From the sequence record PV037725.1: a stretch of DNA of 64,000 nt. One strand, written 5' to 3'. Position numbers and translations under genes: made by a program. The stretch's first letter is position 1. Each line of letters begins with the position of its first letter. The notes below the pieces were generated by a model. It was not told the origin of the DNA, made no database searches, and saw only the letters and a program-made list of their open reading frames with translations. Shown here in pieces: positions 47,455-56,643 of this stretch.

Positions 47455-47838
47455 TCAGCCACCAAGACCACGTAACAATTGACCAGCTTGGATACCTTCT
47501 TGAATCGACCGAGACTCACACAGTTCAGTAATGAACCTAGCATCATCAAATGGTAATTCAAAGAAGTCCAATAGTCCCATCCCAGTGACCACACCAATAC
47601 GACAGTTAATAAACTTCCGTATCCATGTGCGTCTTGGGCCACCCTCGATGATATCCTCTTTAGGATGCATCCTGACTAGATCTAGAGGATCGTCAGTCTG
47701 GTGTGTACAGATACCACGGTCTCGATGGTAAGCCTTGCGGGTAACCATCTGAGTAACGACTGAACGCATTGGCCCGGTTTCCATATAGATCCGTTCCAAC
47801 TCAGAGTTCTCAATCTCACGTAAACCAAACGTGGCCAT
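47455..47838 (-). CDS. 127 aa ORF; probably the C-terminal part of a -1 frameshift product (tail-chaperone T-like)
   Basis: No SD before the ATG; frame open upstream to the slippery site at 47940-47946; GLLDFFELP motif. Confidence 0.7.
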   Translation of the reverse strand: MATFGLREIENSELERIYMETGPMRSVVTQMVTRKAYHRDRGICTHQTDDPLDLVRMHPKEDIIEGGPRRTWIRKFINCRIGVVTGMGLLDFFELPFDDARFITELCESRSIQEGIQAGQLLRGLGG

Positions 47839-47912
47839 CGTTACATGGCCATCATTATCATGAAGATCTATCTTCAGTCGACTTGCTTTAGGATCACTAA
47901 CTTCGGAATCTA

Positions 47913-49535
47913 CTAAGCAGCTCTCTGGCCCGCTAACGTAAAAAAAGTTGCGAGCATGTCCAGTGGTACGAGGTGAGGTAACCGCTCATTATAAGTCAGA
48001 CCTTGCGGCGACTTACATTCAGGGCAGTTATGTGATGGTAGTGCACACAGACCAATGATAGTATCGTTGGAGTAAGCGTTAACACTATCAACAAAGCGGT
48101 CGAAGTATTCATGCTCGGAGATCGTCGAGGAGATGAAGTCCATGATGATTTCTTGGTCGTCAGTAAAGAACTGATCATCCAAGCTAGTAGCCTCATCATC
48201 TTTCAGATAAATCGCTTCTACCCAGTGAGAGTACTGAGTTGCTTTGGTGGCGTGTTGCAGACGACGGATGTACTCGTAGCGCTGGTTACCATCAGGCGAT
48301 TCGTTGAACGCACCTTTGGACATCTCGATCAGAGTATCGTACCAAAGCTTAGCTGAGATACGACGCTTGGCGATCGATGGTGGGGCGATCTTAATACCAA
48401 CACCTTGAGATTCGCCAGAATCGCTAGCGCTGTCAAACCACTTAACGGTTGCATTACCGATGGTGAAAGCTTCACGGTATGCTTTGAACTCTTCTTCGGT
48501 AGCAGGTTTGAATTGCTTAGCAATGAAGCGACGTTGGTCTTGGGTGAATACTGCGTCATCAAAGAACACGACGTTAGACATGTTCATCTTGAACTCAGTA
48601 ACACCGTTACACTTGTCTGGGTCAGCGATGCATGGAACACTGTAGTTGAAGCCATCTGGATACATAACTGCGGCCAGTGCGTGATGCAACAGGCTTTCGT
48701 CAAAGATGCTCATCTCTTGTTCAAGGTCACTAGGGGTAGCGAACTGACGGTTCGATGCAACAATGCAGTTAACGGCCAGATCAGTAACAGCATCCAGCAT
48801 ACGGAAGTTAGCGTGGGAGAATGCCAGACCTTTAGTGTCGTTACCCAGCTTCACTCGCAGGGATTGCAACTCAGTTTGCATTGCTACGATCTCACCCAGC
48901 GAAGGGCGACGCAGTCGTACCCAGATACCCGAGTGTGGCAGGAAGGCTTCGTAGTTACCGCCCAGACCAGCTTTATAACTCAGGTAAGCCAGAGCGGCTT
49001 CCTTAGAGTTCTTCTTACTGCGGTCGTATGTCTGAGCAGGGCGACCAGGGCGTACTAGGCGTTCTTGACCAGGTACACTGATACCATCGCGCCAGTGAGA
49101 CTCGCCGCGCTCTGTAGCGCCTACTGGAGTCTCATCCAGTGACAAGTGACCCAAGCCAGCAAACAGATGCGCCAGCCAGATGTCGTCGTGCTCGTTGGTA
49201 ACCAGATCACCCGAATGCATTGCTTCGAGTAAGGCGCCGTTACGTTCCAGAACTTTGTTAACGTTCCGATAAGATTCCTGAATGATGGACATGATAGCCC
49301 GAGTATCTTTCAGGGGTGCACCAGAAGCTTTACGCTCCTGGCTAAAGTGTACAAACTTTTGTTCAGGTTTGAACAGGTCCTTTTCAGGAACCTCCAGTGA
49401 TGGTGGGAGATCATCACTACGTTGTTCCACTGGTACAGCAGCTGGAGCATTCTCGTGGTCCACTACTTCTTTGAGTGCGGCCAGATGGAAATCATTGGTG
49501 TAGTTATCTTCGCGATCGAAGGTATCTTCAGACAT
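47913..49535 (-). CDS. conserved core protein (phiKZ gp77-like); T4 gp26 / tail assembly chaperone-like
   Basis: About 540 aa; VRLRRPSLGE motif; CIADPDKC and CPEC Cys pairs; start at MSEDTF after SD GAGGA. Confidence 0.65.
   Translation of the reverse strand: MSEDTFDREDNYTNDFHLAALKEVVDHENAPAAVPVEQRSDDLPPSLEVPEKDLFKPEQKFVHFSQERKASGAPLKDTRAIMSIIQESYRNVNKVLERNGALLEAMHSGDLVTNEHDDIWLAHLFAGLGHLSLDETPVGATERGESHWRDGISVPGQERLVRPGRPAQTYDRSKKNSKEAALAYLSYKAGLGGNYEAFLPHSGIWVRLRRPSLGEIVAMQTELQSLRVKLGNDTKGLAFSHANFRMLDAVTDLAVNCIVASNRQFATPSDLEQEMSIFDESLLHHALAAVMYPDGFNYSVPCIADPDKCNGVTEFKMNMSNVVFFDDAVFTQDQRRFIAKQFKPATEEEFKAYREAFTIGNATVKWFDSASDSGESQGVGIKIAPPSIAKRRISAKLWYDTLIEMSKGAFNESPDGNQRYEYIRRLQHATKATQYSHWVEAIYLKDDEATSLDDQFFTDDQEIIMDFISSTISEHEYFDRFVDSVNAYSNDTIIGLCALPSHNCPECKSPQGLTYNERLPHLVPLDMLATFFTLAGQRAA
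47916..47946 (-). other. candidate programmed -1 ribosomal frameshift site
   Basis: Minus strand ACT TTT TTT ACG (T-TTT-TTT), 5-nt spacer, hairpin AGCGG-GCCAGAGAG-CTGCT; the -1 frame runs into the 47838 ORF. Confidence 0.7.
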
Positions 49536-50001
49536 CTTTTTCTTCCTCAATGGACAATTCGGTGATACCCACAGCTTCTAGTTCAGCTACGATGTTCAAC
49601 ATCAGTGGGTGGATAGCTTGTTCCAAATGACCCTGAACTTTTGTATAGCCCAGAGTCAGGCCGTTCACCAATGGCAGCTCTTCTTCAGTTGGTGCACCTG
49701 TCTTACCTTCATGTTTCTCATACAGGGCTACCAATGCAGCAGCTACGTTGGCTACGTCTTTGCGGAGAGTATTGTATTTTGCTTCAAACCCTTCTGGGTC
49801 TGTGAGGAGAGCTTTGTATTCTTCCAGTTTAACACTGATCGGATAAACTACCAGTGAGGTTGAGTTGATACCTTGAGCCAGAGCACGACCAAGTTCGGCG
49901 ACGATGCTCCAACCAGCTTGTTTCAAAAGTTCTTCTGCGGCCTGTGCAGATTGATCGGCTACGTCTTCGGTGATCAGGTCGAGGGCGTTGATAGGTTCCA
50001 T
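49528..50001 (-). CDS. hypothetical helical protein
   Basis: 157 aa ORF, SD AAGGA. Confidence 0.8.
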   Translation of the reverse strand: MEPINALDLITEDVADQSAQAAEELLKQAGWSIVAELGRALAQGINSTSLVVYPISVKLEEYKALLTDPEGFEAKYNTLRKDVANVAAALVALYEKHEGKTGAPTEEELPLVNGLTLGYTKVQGHLEQAIHPLMLNIVAELEAVGITELSIEEEKDV

Positions 50002-50029
50002 GGTTTTTCCTTTAAATCGATTTAGGTGA

Positions 50030-50124
50030 TAGTGTTGTTAACATAGATATAACACGAATGGTAAACTTTACCTAAATATAAAGGATACGTATCACCATAA
50101 CGGTATGTTAATACATCAACACTA
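50030..50124. promoter_or_regulatory. divergent promoter region with mirrored TATG late-promoter cassettes
   Basis: TAGTGTTG-TTAACATA vs TATGTTAA-tacat-CAACACTA inverted repeat; TATG on both strands. Confidence 0.55.
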
Positions 50125-50134
50125 AGGTGCTTAA

Positions 50135-50986
50135 ATGAAACTCGAAATTCAAGATGCTATATCGTCACTGGTCCCACCTGAACAGTTGGCTGTGATACTC
50201 GACGTGGTCAATACTCTGTTAGACCAAGATTACGTTCTGGCTCTTGACGAACTCAATACAGTTCTGATGATTGCTGACGACTATGCTGACTCCGCAATGT
50301 TAGTCGCTCGGATCAATGACGTACTGACGTATGCATTGAACTACATTCTCAATGAACGAGAAGTGGTAGTAAGTGATGACGCTAGCCTTGGACTTCGACT
50401 GGCTGTAGTTAATGCCTTGTTGTATATCCCACGATATATCATCCCTGAAGACTTGGCACATATCTTCCAGCAGGGGTACGACGGCGTTGAGACAATGGCT
50501 CAACTCGTGGCATTCTTTAGTATGTATGAAGTGGATGAGTTAATTAGCCATATTGAAGACGTGGGTGATAATGCACTAGCTTTTATTAAGCAGTACATTG
50601 ACGAACGCATTCAAGTCATGGGTGAGTATCATGGTAGTCGTCCACCGGTAGAACGCATTAAGATCATCAACCAACTTATCCGTACGAATGGTCGTGAACG
50701 ATTCAGTATGATGCTTGAGTTGGCAAACGCCGGTGTACGTGTAGGTCGTAGCTATGATGACCTGATCAATATTTCCTTCGAAGGGCTGGAAACGCGTAAC
50801 CCTTCAGAAGCAGCTAGCCAGATGGCTGGACTTGCTTTCTTTAGCGATATCCCTCTGGCGAATATCTGGAACAAACTGGATACTAGCCTTGATGATTACA
50901 CTGACAACCCAATGGAACGTAAACTGATGCTTGATGAGTTTGCGGATATCAAAATTAAGCTGGGTGATATTAATGAAAATACGTGA
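50135..50986 (+). CDS. conserved core protein (phiKZ gp79-like)
   Basis: 283 aa; synteny upstream of the virion RNAP subunit. Confidence 0.7.
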   Translation: MKLEIQDAISSLVPPEQLAVILDVVNTLLDQDYVLALDELNTVLMIADDYADSAMLVARINDVLTYALNYILNEREVVVSDDASLGLRLAVVNALLYIPRYIIPEDLAHIFQQGYDGVETMAQLVAFFSMYEVDELISHIEDVGDNALAFIKQYIDERIQVMGEYHGSRPPVERIKIINQLIRTNGRERFSMMLELANAGVRVGRSYDDLINISFEGLETRNPSEAASQMAGLAFFSDIPLANIWNKLDTSLDDYTDNPMERKLMLDEFADIKIKLGDINENT

Positions 50987-52310
50987 TTACTTTCTCATGG
51001 CGTTGAAAGACGGTATGGGTCGTAAACGAATTTGGATGAATGCTTTAGTGAGCGTCGTATTCAATAGCGATGCTACACCGGATTACAAATGGAAGATCCA
51101 TTACGAGGACAAGCGTGCATACTTTTACATGCCTGACAGTGATGAGGCTATCGACCTTGACGATTACACGCCCGGCGAAGCGCTTATCCACTTCCGAGAT
51201 GAGTTTATCTTAGCGCCGGGTGAGATTGCCAATTACCTAGGTAGTGAACCGCTAGTGACCTGCTATGGTAATGTGTTCTTCAACCAACTATGTTTGGTAG
51301 AACCTTTTGGTACGCTGATTCCTTTTGCTACAGGTACGATTGTACCAGCTAAGTTTGAGGACTTTATCCTTGAGCGAATGATTGACGATCGTGAAGATGG
51401 TAATGTTACGGAGATGGCCACTGATGGTAAACTCTATGTTTGGCAATACCTTAAGTTCTGCGATCATTGCCTTGCTATCCCTGGGTATGCTGACGGGCTG
51501 GTTACTTCGACTACTCGAAAGTCCCTACTGTCTAACCCTGAATGGCCTGCTATTCGGGCTGCTTGGATAGAGAAGAACAAAGATCGTTTGAATGATCCTG
51601 CTGCCGTAGCTGAGCTTTCAGTTATTGCTGCACAAGTTGACGCTGAGTGGCTTAAGGATGACCCAGCTTGGGTATTCTACTCAGCTAAGAAAAAGCTAGA
51701 AGGTGCACGTCGTAAAGTGCATTACATGTTCGGCGGTGAATCTCCTTTCTCCGATGGTACGACTGTTGAGTTTATCTCTAAGTCGCTCGAAGAGGGTATT
51801 GATACTGATCACATGCCGGTGATGAACAACTCCCTGCGTTTCGGTTCGTACAACCGTGGTTCGCAAACGGCGTTGGGGGGTGAATCGACTAAAACGATTT
51901 ACCGGATGATGGGTACATCTCGTGTAATTGAGCATGACTGTGAAACATGGATTGGTGTGCCTACTCTGGTAACCAAACATAATACTAAAGGTCTAATCGG
52001 TTACTCTTACATCGAAGATGGTAAGTCTATCGAGATTACTAAAGACCTGGTTGATTCTTTAGTGGGTACTAATATTGCAGTACGTGGACCGATGGTCTGC
52101 AAAGCTGGACGAGATCGCGAGAAAGGGACCATCGGTAGTGGTAAGAACATCTGCGCAGTGTGTGCAGGTAGAGACCTTGCTGAGAACCCCTATGGCATCC
52201 CAGCAGCAGTAGCTGGTGTTGGTGGCCGATTCCTCATGGTGTTCATGTCTAAGATGCACTCCAGTACACTACGTACTGTTGAATGGGATATGGATGCCCG
52301 TCTCACCTGA
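50973..52310 (+). CDS. virion RNA polymerase beta'-like subunit (phiKZ gp80-like)
   Basis: RGSQTALGG bridge-helix region, HDC, RGPMVC...ICAVCAG Zn site, FMSKMH. Confidence 0.85.
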   Translation: MKIRDYFLMALKDGMGRKRIWMNALVSVVFNSDATPDYKWKIHYEDKRAYFYMPDSDEAIDLDDYTPGEALIHFRDEFILAPGEIANYLGSEPLVTCYGNVFFNQLCLVEPFGTLIPFATGTIVPAKFEDFILERMIDDREDGNVTEMATDGKLYVWQYLKFCDHCLAIPGYADGLVTSTTRKSLLSNPEWPAIRAAWIEKNKDRLNDPAAVAELSVIAAQVDAEWLKDDPAWVFYSAKKKLEGARRKVHYMFGGESPFSDGTTVEFISKSLEEGIDTDHMPVMNNSLRFGSYNRGSQTALGGESTKTIYRMMGTSRVIEHDCETWIGVPTLVTKHNTKGLIGYSYIEDGKSIEITKDLVDSLVGTNIAVRGPMVCKAGRDREKGTIGSGKNICAVCAGRDLAENPYGIPAAVAGVGGRFLMVFMSKMHSSTLRTVEWDMDARLT

Positions 52311-52342
52311 TCAATATCTGATTTTACTCAGTTGGTGAATAC

Positions 52343-53290
52343 ATGATCGAATGTCTGTTGTTTGATATGGACACTGAATCTAGATTAAGAATCTATGAAC
52401 AGTCTAACTTTATTAACCGGTATAATACTGGTGGGCTCGTATTAAATAACTACTATTATCTGGCTGGTGGTACTACAAGTAATCCACCTGGGACGTCTTC
52501 CCAGACAACCCCATTTGCCAGAATAGATTTAGATACGCTAGAAACATGGGAAGATCTAGCTCCACCGCCGATTGATTTAGGGAATGGCGTCAGTCTCATA
52601 CATCACAACGGTTTGATTTATGCAATAGGTGGTCGTGGTAACAATGGCGTTGCTGTACGTGCCGTCTATACTTACGATCTAGCTAACGACACCTGGGCAT
52701 TTTTAACAACACTGCCAGCGGTCATCCAGTACGATACTTGTGCCGTTGGGCCTAAGCCTGGTGATCCAGTACCACTTGTGTATTTCACGTCGGGTAACAC
52801 GGCCATGCTGTATACGCTTAACTTGGATACGTTTGAAATTACAAGTATCCCCACACCTTTACGGATCACATTTAATCGTGTAGTCCGTGTGGGTAATAAC
52901 GTACACATCGTAACTGGCTATGATTTAGCTGCAAGTGTGGCCACCTTGGATCATTTGATCTACAATATCGATACTACTGAGTGGACCACACTAGTAGACG
53001 TCGGACGTGTTCCAGTCCAAGAAGGTGGTATCTGTACAGACGGTACCAACATCTATCTCTATGGTGGCATAGTGGACCAACCAGAGGGCGCCAATTACCA
53101 AGAGAACGATGATGGCATTTACATGAGTGATGGTGAAACCAATAACTGGACACTGTTAACGAGTACTGGTCGAAAAGTTGCTAATAACCCACTCTGCTAT
53201 TTCAATGACCGACTGATGTCGGCTGGTGGGTTTTGGTGGCAAGCTCAGATATCTTATGCCAACACCTTAACCTACCGCTTAACAACATGA
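52343..53290 (+). CDS. Kelch-repeat beta-propeller protein
   Basis: Six Kelch-like blades (YYLAGG, IYAIGG, VYFTSG, VHIVTG, IYLYGG, LMSAGG) with following W/YD motifs. Confidence 0.8.
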   Translation: MIECLLFDMDTESRLRIYEQSNFINRYNTGGLVLNNYYYLAGGTTSNPPGTSSQTTPFARIDLDTLETWEDLAPPPIDLGNGVSLIHHNGLIYAIGGRGNNGVAVRAVYTYDLANDTWAFLTTLPAVIQYDTCAVGPKPGDPVPLVYFTSGNTAMLYTLNLDTFEITSIPTPLRITFNRVVRVGNNVHIVTGYDLAASVATLDHLIYNIDTTEWTTLVDVGRVPVQEGGICTDGTNIYLYGGIVDQPEGANYQENDDGIYMSDGETNNWTLLTSTGRKVANNPLCYFNDRLMSAGGFWWQAQISYANTLTYRLTT

Positions 53291-53377
53291 TGCACGTGTA
53301 GGTCTACTAGGCTCACAAATTACTATGAACAGGGTATGGATTACCATACCCACAACTTACACAGAGGTTTAACATAC

Positions 53378-54709
53378 ATGGCTAAGAATTCTGGCTTCGC
53401 AGCTCTGGCTGCATTGCAAAACAAAATTGAAACAACTCAACCAGTGGAAGAAGTTAAAACCCCAGTTACTGAACAACCTACACCAGCACTCTTCGAATCA
53501 GTAGAAGACGAACAGACCGGCGTGGAAGAAGAATCTTTTGAATCTTCAACCGCGGAATCTGATGTTGCTAATAAGCTGGCTGCAGCAGCTCGTGGTGAAT
53601 CCCCGGTTATTGCACAAGTTGATGAACTTGCTTATATTCAACCTGAGTCGTTCGCTTCTGAAACAACTGAACCGAATATCTCTACTGACGTCAAAGGTGT
53701 TGCCCCGGCAGAACCTGTATTCGATGCTCCAGTAGTAGAGCCTGTGGTTAAAGAATCTGTATATACTTCTCAACCAGTTGATCAGTGGTCCACACCTGAA
53801 CTGGAAGCCTACATCGCCGGTACCTGTGAAGAAGAGACCTATGTAGAGCAACTGAAGCTGGCAGTTACTGAACATCGCAAACGTGAATCGACTCTGGCCA
53901 AGGCTTGGACGGTTGTAGAATGCCGTGAATATCTCTTGACAGGTAAAGCGCCAGCTAAGACTTCCAAAGGTGCATGGGTTAAAGACGTTACACGTGTGTA
54001 TCGTCGTGAACACGAATGGGAAACCAACGAACTGGAAAGTTGGGCACTCGGTGAAATCAAAGCTGAAGGTGCTACTACTGATGGCGGGTTGGCGGTTGAA
54101 CTCAAACAGCGTCTGAACCTACCACTGAAGTCCTACGATGTTCAGGCAATCATCACCAACTATCGCTATACAACTGCTCAGGTTAATGAGACTCGTGAAG
54201 AGACTCGCCCTGAACCAAAAACTCAAGAAGTTTCCGAAGCCCGTGTTGCTGAAGTAACTAAAGCCATTCAACTCGAAGGAGTTACCGCTGTGAACCAATC
54301 CTACATTGACTCATCCCTTGCTCAATTCGAAGCAGTAATGAAGCCAGGTCGTGCTGTTACTGAACGCGCCGCCGGTGATGCACAAACTCTGTTGCGTGAT
54401 GTAATCCGTTACTCCATTCAACTTCCTGATCCAGTGGGTGCTCGCTCTGCTATGCAGTACCTGTTGGAATACTTCCGTGCCCGTCGTGACATCGGTCAGA
54501 TCTTCGAAGACACTTACGCCTTCCGTGGTATCCCTGACATGCGTAGCACCAAGAAAGAACAAGTAGCTCATCATGACCTGCTGACTCTGTTCTTGGTATA
54601 CGCTGACTCGATGGTTGAGTTGCGTGCTCAGACCGACATCCCTAGTTTGATCGGTAACGTTAACCCACAGTTCCAATCCCGTGTACTTGAGTTCTTCGCT
54701 CGACAGTAA
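53378..54709 (+). CDS. conserved protein with an acidic disordered N-terminus (phiKZ gp81-like position)
   Basis: ATG at 53378, SD GAGGT; TATG upstream; three W-x3-E repeats. Confidence 0.75.
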   Translation: MAKNSGFAALAALQNKIETTQPVEEVKTPVTEQPTPALFESVEDEQTGVEEESFESSTAESDVANKLAAAARGESPVIAQVDELAYIQPESFASETTEPNISTDVKGVAPAEPVFDAPVVEPVVKESVYTSQPVDQWSTPELEAYIAGTCEEETYVEQLKLAVTEHRKRESTLAKAWTVVECREYLLTGKAPAKTSKGAWVKDVTRVYRREHEWETNELESWALGEIKAEGATTDGGLAVELKQRLNLPLKSYDVQAIITNYRYTTAQVNETREETRPEPKTQEVSEARVAEVTKAIQLEGVTAVNQSYIDSSLAQFEAVMKPGRAVTERAAGDAQTLLRDVIRYSIQLPDPVGARSAMQYLLEYFRARRDIGQIFEDTYAFRGIPDMRSTKKEQVAHHDLLTLFLVYADSMVELRAQTDIPSLIGNVNPQFQSRVLEFFARQ

Positions 54710-54712
54710 ATC

Positions 54713-54745
54713 ATATAGTGCCCAGCCTTCGGGCTGGGCTTTATA
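54713..54745 (+). terminator. hairpin terminator (repeat family)
   Basis: GCCCAGCC-TTCG-GGCTGGGC-TTTATA. Confidence 0.75.
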
Positions 54746-54773
54746 CATGTTATTTTTACACATTGGTAAAGCT

Positions 54774-55514
54774 ATGATCGAGCAATTAATGCTGGTAGGT
54801 TCAAAGAGTCCATACCCTGATATTCCGGGCAATGGTCCAGGACCAGGAACCCTTTTGAAATACGACGCCGATAATGACGTCGGGTATTTTGGTACTTTAG
54901 CAGACAGTGCTTTCTTTACGTATAGTCAAATCGAGGCGGCTGCAAAGACACCGTTACCGGGAACAGCAGTTAACCGTACATCAGCTAATTACTGGATAAA
55001 GGCATATTGGAAAGGTAAAATTATCTATATGCCACGAACCGTTATTCGCAGTGGCACCAGTTGGGCTGATATTTATCGGGCGGGTATGATTTATGGTATT
55101 GATGGGCCAGGTAGCTATGTTCCAACGACTGGTGCGGTAAACCAGTTAACGACTATCACCTTGACCGCATCTGACATGACTCGGTACGTTTACAAAATAC
55201 GTGCGATTAGTGCCTACGGGGTTAACCCATTACCTGCATCCCTGTTAACTTCGCAGATTGCTGTATCTGAGTATACATTGATTCGTGAACGATTAGCACC
55301 TTCTGGAAATGCCCCAGCAGGATGGGCCTGGGGGGCTATTGGTACGATTAGTGGTCAGACGATGGGTTATGAGAGTATAGCTGGGTCACCTATCCGTGGT
55401 TGTATGGTAAACAATAACGGTAACTATCTTAACCGTACCCTTTGGGATATCACAACTACACAATTCTGTCAATTCTATCCAGTATTGGAACTGATTGAAG
55501 TTATTAAACCTTGA
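54774..55514 (+). CDS. virion structural protein of the phiKZ tail-associated paralog family (gp131-135-like)
   Basis: MIEQLML start; GPGP...GYFG...WIKAYWKGK...SWADIYRAGMIYG pattern. Confidence 0.65.
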   Translation: MIEQLMLVGSKSPYPDIPGNGPGPGTLLKYDADNDVGYFGTLADSAFFTYSQIEAAAKTPLPGTAVNRTSANYWIKAYWKGKIIYMPRTVIRSGTSWADIYRAGMIYGIDGPGSYVPTTGAVNQLTTITLTASDMTRYVYKIRAISAYGVNPLPASLLTSQIAVSEYTLIRERLAPSGNAPAGWAWGAIGTISGQTMGYESIAGSPIRGCMVNNNGNYLNRTLWDITTTQFCQFYPVLELIEVIKP

Positions 55515-55517
55515 CGT

Positions 55518-55553
55518 CATAAGACCCCTCCAGTAAAGGAGGGGCTTTATGCT
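55518..55553. terminator. bidirectional hairpin terminator (repeat family)
   Basis: CATAAGACCCCTCC-AGTAAA-GGAGGGGCTTTATG between convergent genes. Confidence 0.8.
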
Positions 55554-55554
55554 G

Positions 55555-55968
55555 TTATTTACCTAAAGCCTCAAGCTCTAAGATCTCTTTGTATACCTGT
55601 GCGCGTTCTTCAACAAACTTACACTCAGCTGTAGTCAACCAAATCTGATCATTGTTGAATGCCATCAATGCATAATGACACATCTTGGCAATGGAACGGT
55701 CAACGGATAACATATTGTCTTCCGTCATATCTAGTCGCATAGGTAACAATTCAAAGCGTGTACCATCACGTGGATCTAACTCAGAGCAGATCTCCAACAC
55801 GCTGGCTCGAGCATACATGTCAATGAACTCACTGCGAATGTAGTCGATGTTACGTTGACCACGGTGGTCACTGTATAGACCTTGTTGCTGCCCTTTCAAT
55901 ACTTCTTTAGCAAACTCAACTGCCTCCTCTGCAACCTTGCTTAGGAGATACTGTACAAATGTCATCAT
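55555..55968 (-). CDS. MazG-like nucleotide pyrophosphohydrolase
   Basis: KVAEEAVEFAKE...RSEFIDM matches the all-alpha NTP-PPase EExxE...ExxD signature. Confidence 0.7.
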   Translation of the reverse strand: MMTFVQYLLSKVAEEAVEFAKEVLKGQQQGLYSDHRGQRNIDYIRSEFIDMYARASVLEICSELDPRDGTRFELLPMRLDMTEDNMLSVDRSIAKMCHYALMAFNNDQIWLTTAECKFVEERAQVYKEILELEALGK

Positions 55969-55969
55969 T

Positions 55970-56260
55970 TTAGTAACCCTTGTAGGCACACCACTCGAAA
56001 GTGGAGAAGATGGTCTTTAATAGATCGTCACCAAATACACTGTTGATATAGTTGATGTGTAGTGTAACAGCACTATGTGCGGGTGTGACAAAAGTAACCT
56101 TCTGATCAAACACGTCGTGTTTAGCAATTAAGCCATTGCACCATTGTGCGCCACTCGTACAAATGTATACATCGTAGCTACGTGCTTCAAACTCAGGTTT
56201 GGCCAAAGCCACATGAGCCTGGATTAGCAGCATTTCATTTTGACAGCATGGACATTTCAT
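55970..56260 (-). CDS. Zn-ribbon protein
   Basis: CPCC...YICTSGAQWC. Confidence 0.65.
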   Translation of the reverse strand: MKCPCCQNEMLLIQAHVALAKPEFEARSYDVYICTSGAQWCNGLIAKHDVFDQKVTFVTPAHSAVTLHINYINSVFGDDLLKTIFSTFEWCAYKGY

Positions 56261-56629
56261 TTAGTAACCTTCATTTAAAAGTTCTGCCAAGGCTCGCGCC
56301 TGACTGATTGGTGTGGATGCAAACATGTCGCTCAGGCAATAGTCTCGAATAGCTGAGTTCTCAGCTAGCTCACGCATGAGTTCGGGGTTAGCCTTAGCCC
56401 ATGTTGCCCAAAGAGCTTTATAGTCCTCATACGTCGGATTGAAGCCTTCCAGAGGGGGTTTCCCTTTGGCGTCTCTCCAGTTATCCGTATAGACACGATA
56501 ACCCTTGCAATCTAGTTGCCATGCTTCTTCAATAGTTCGCCCATCAGGTAGAGTTGCAAACAATGCACTAAAACGAGTGTCACCTTTGGATGAACACTCG
56601 TAACCATCATAGCGCTTCCATGTGTACAC
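56261..56629 (-). CDS. conserved phage protein, possibly NADAR-like
   Basis: SSKGDTRFSALF...DGRTIEEAWQLDCKG resembles the NADAR N-terminal FS..F...DG..E..YQ..K pattern. Confidence 0.5.
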   Translation of the reverse strand: MYTWKRYDGYECSSKGDTRFSALFATLPDGRTIEEAWQLDCKGYRVYTDNWRDAKGKPPLEGFNPTYEDYKALWATWAKANPELMRELAENSAIRDYCLSDMFASTPISQARALAELLNEGY

Positions 56630-56643
56630 AATACTTGGGCTTA

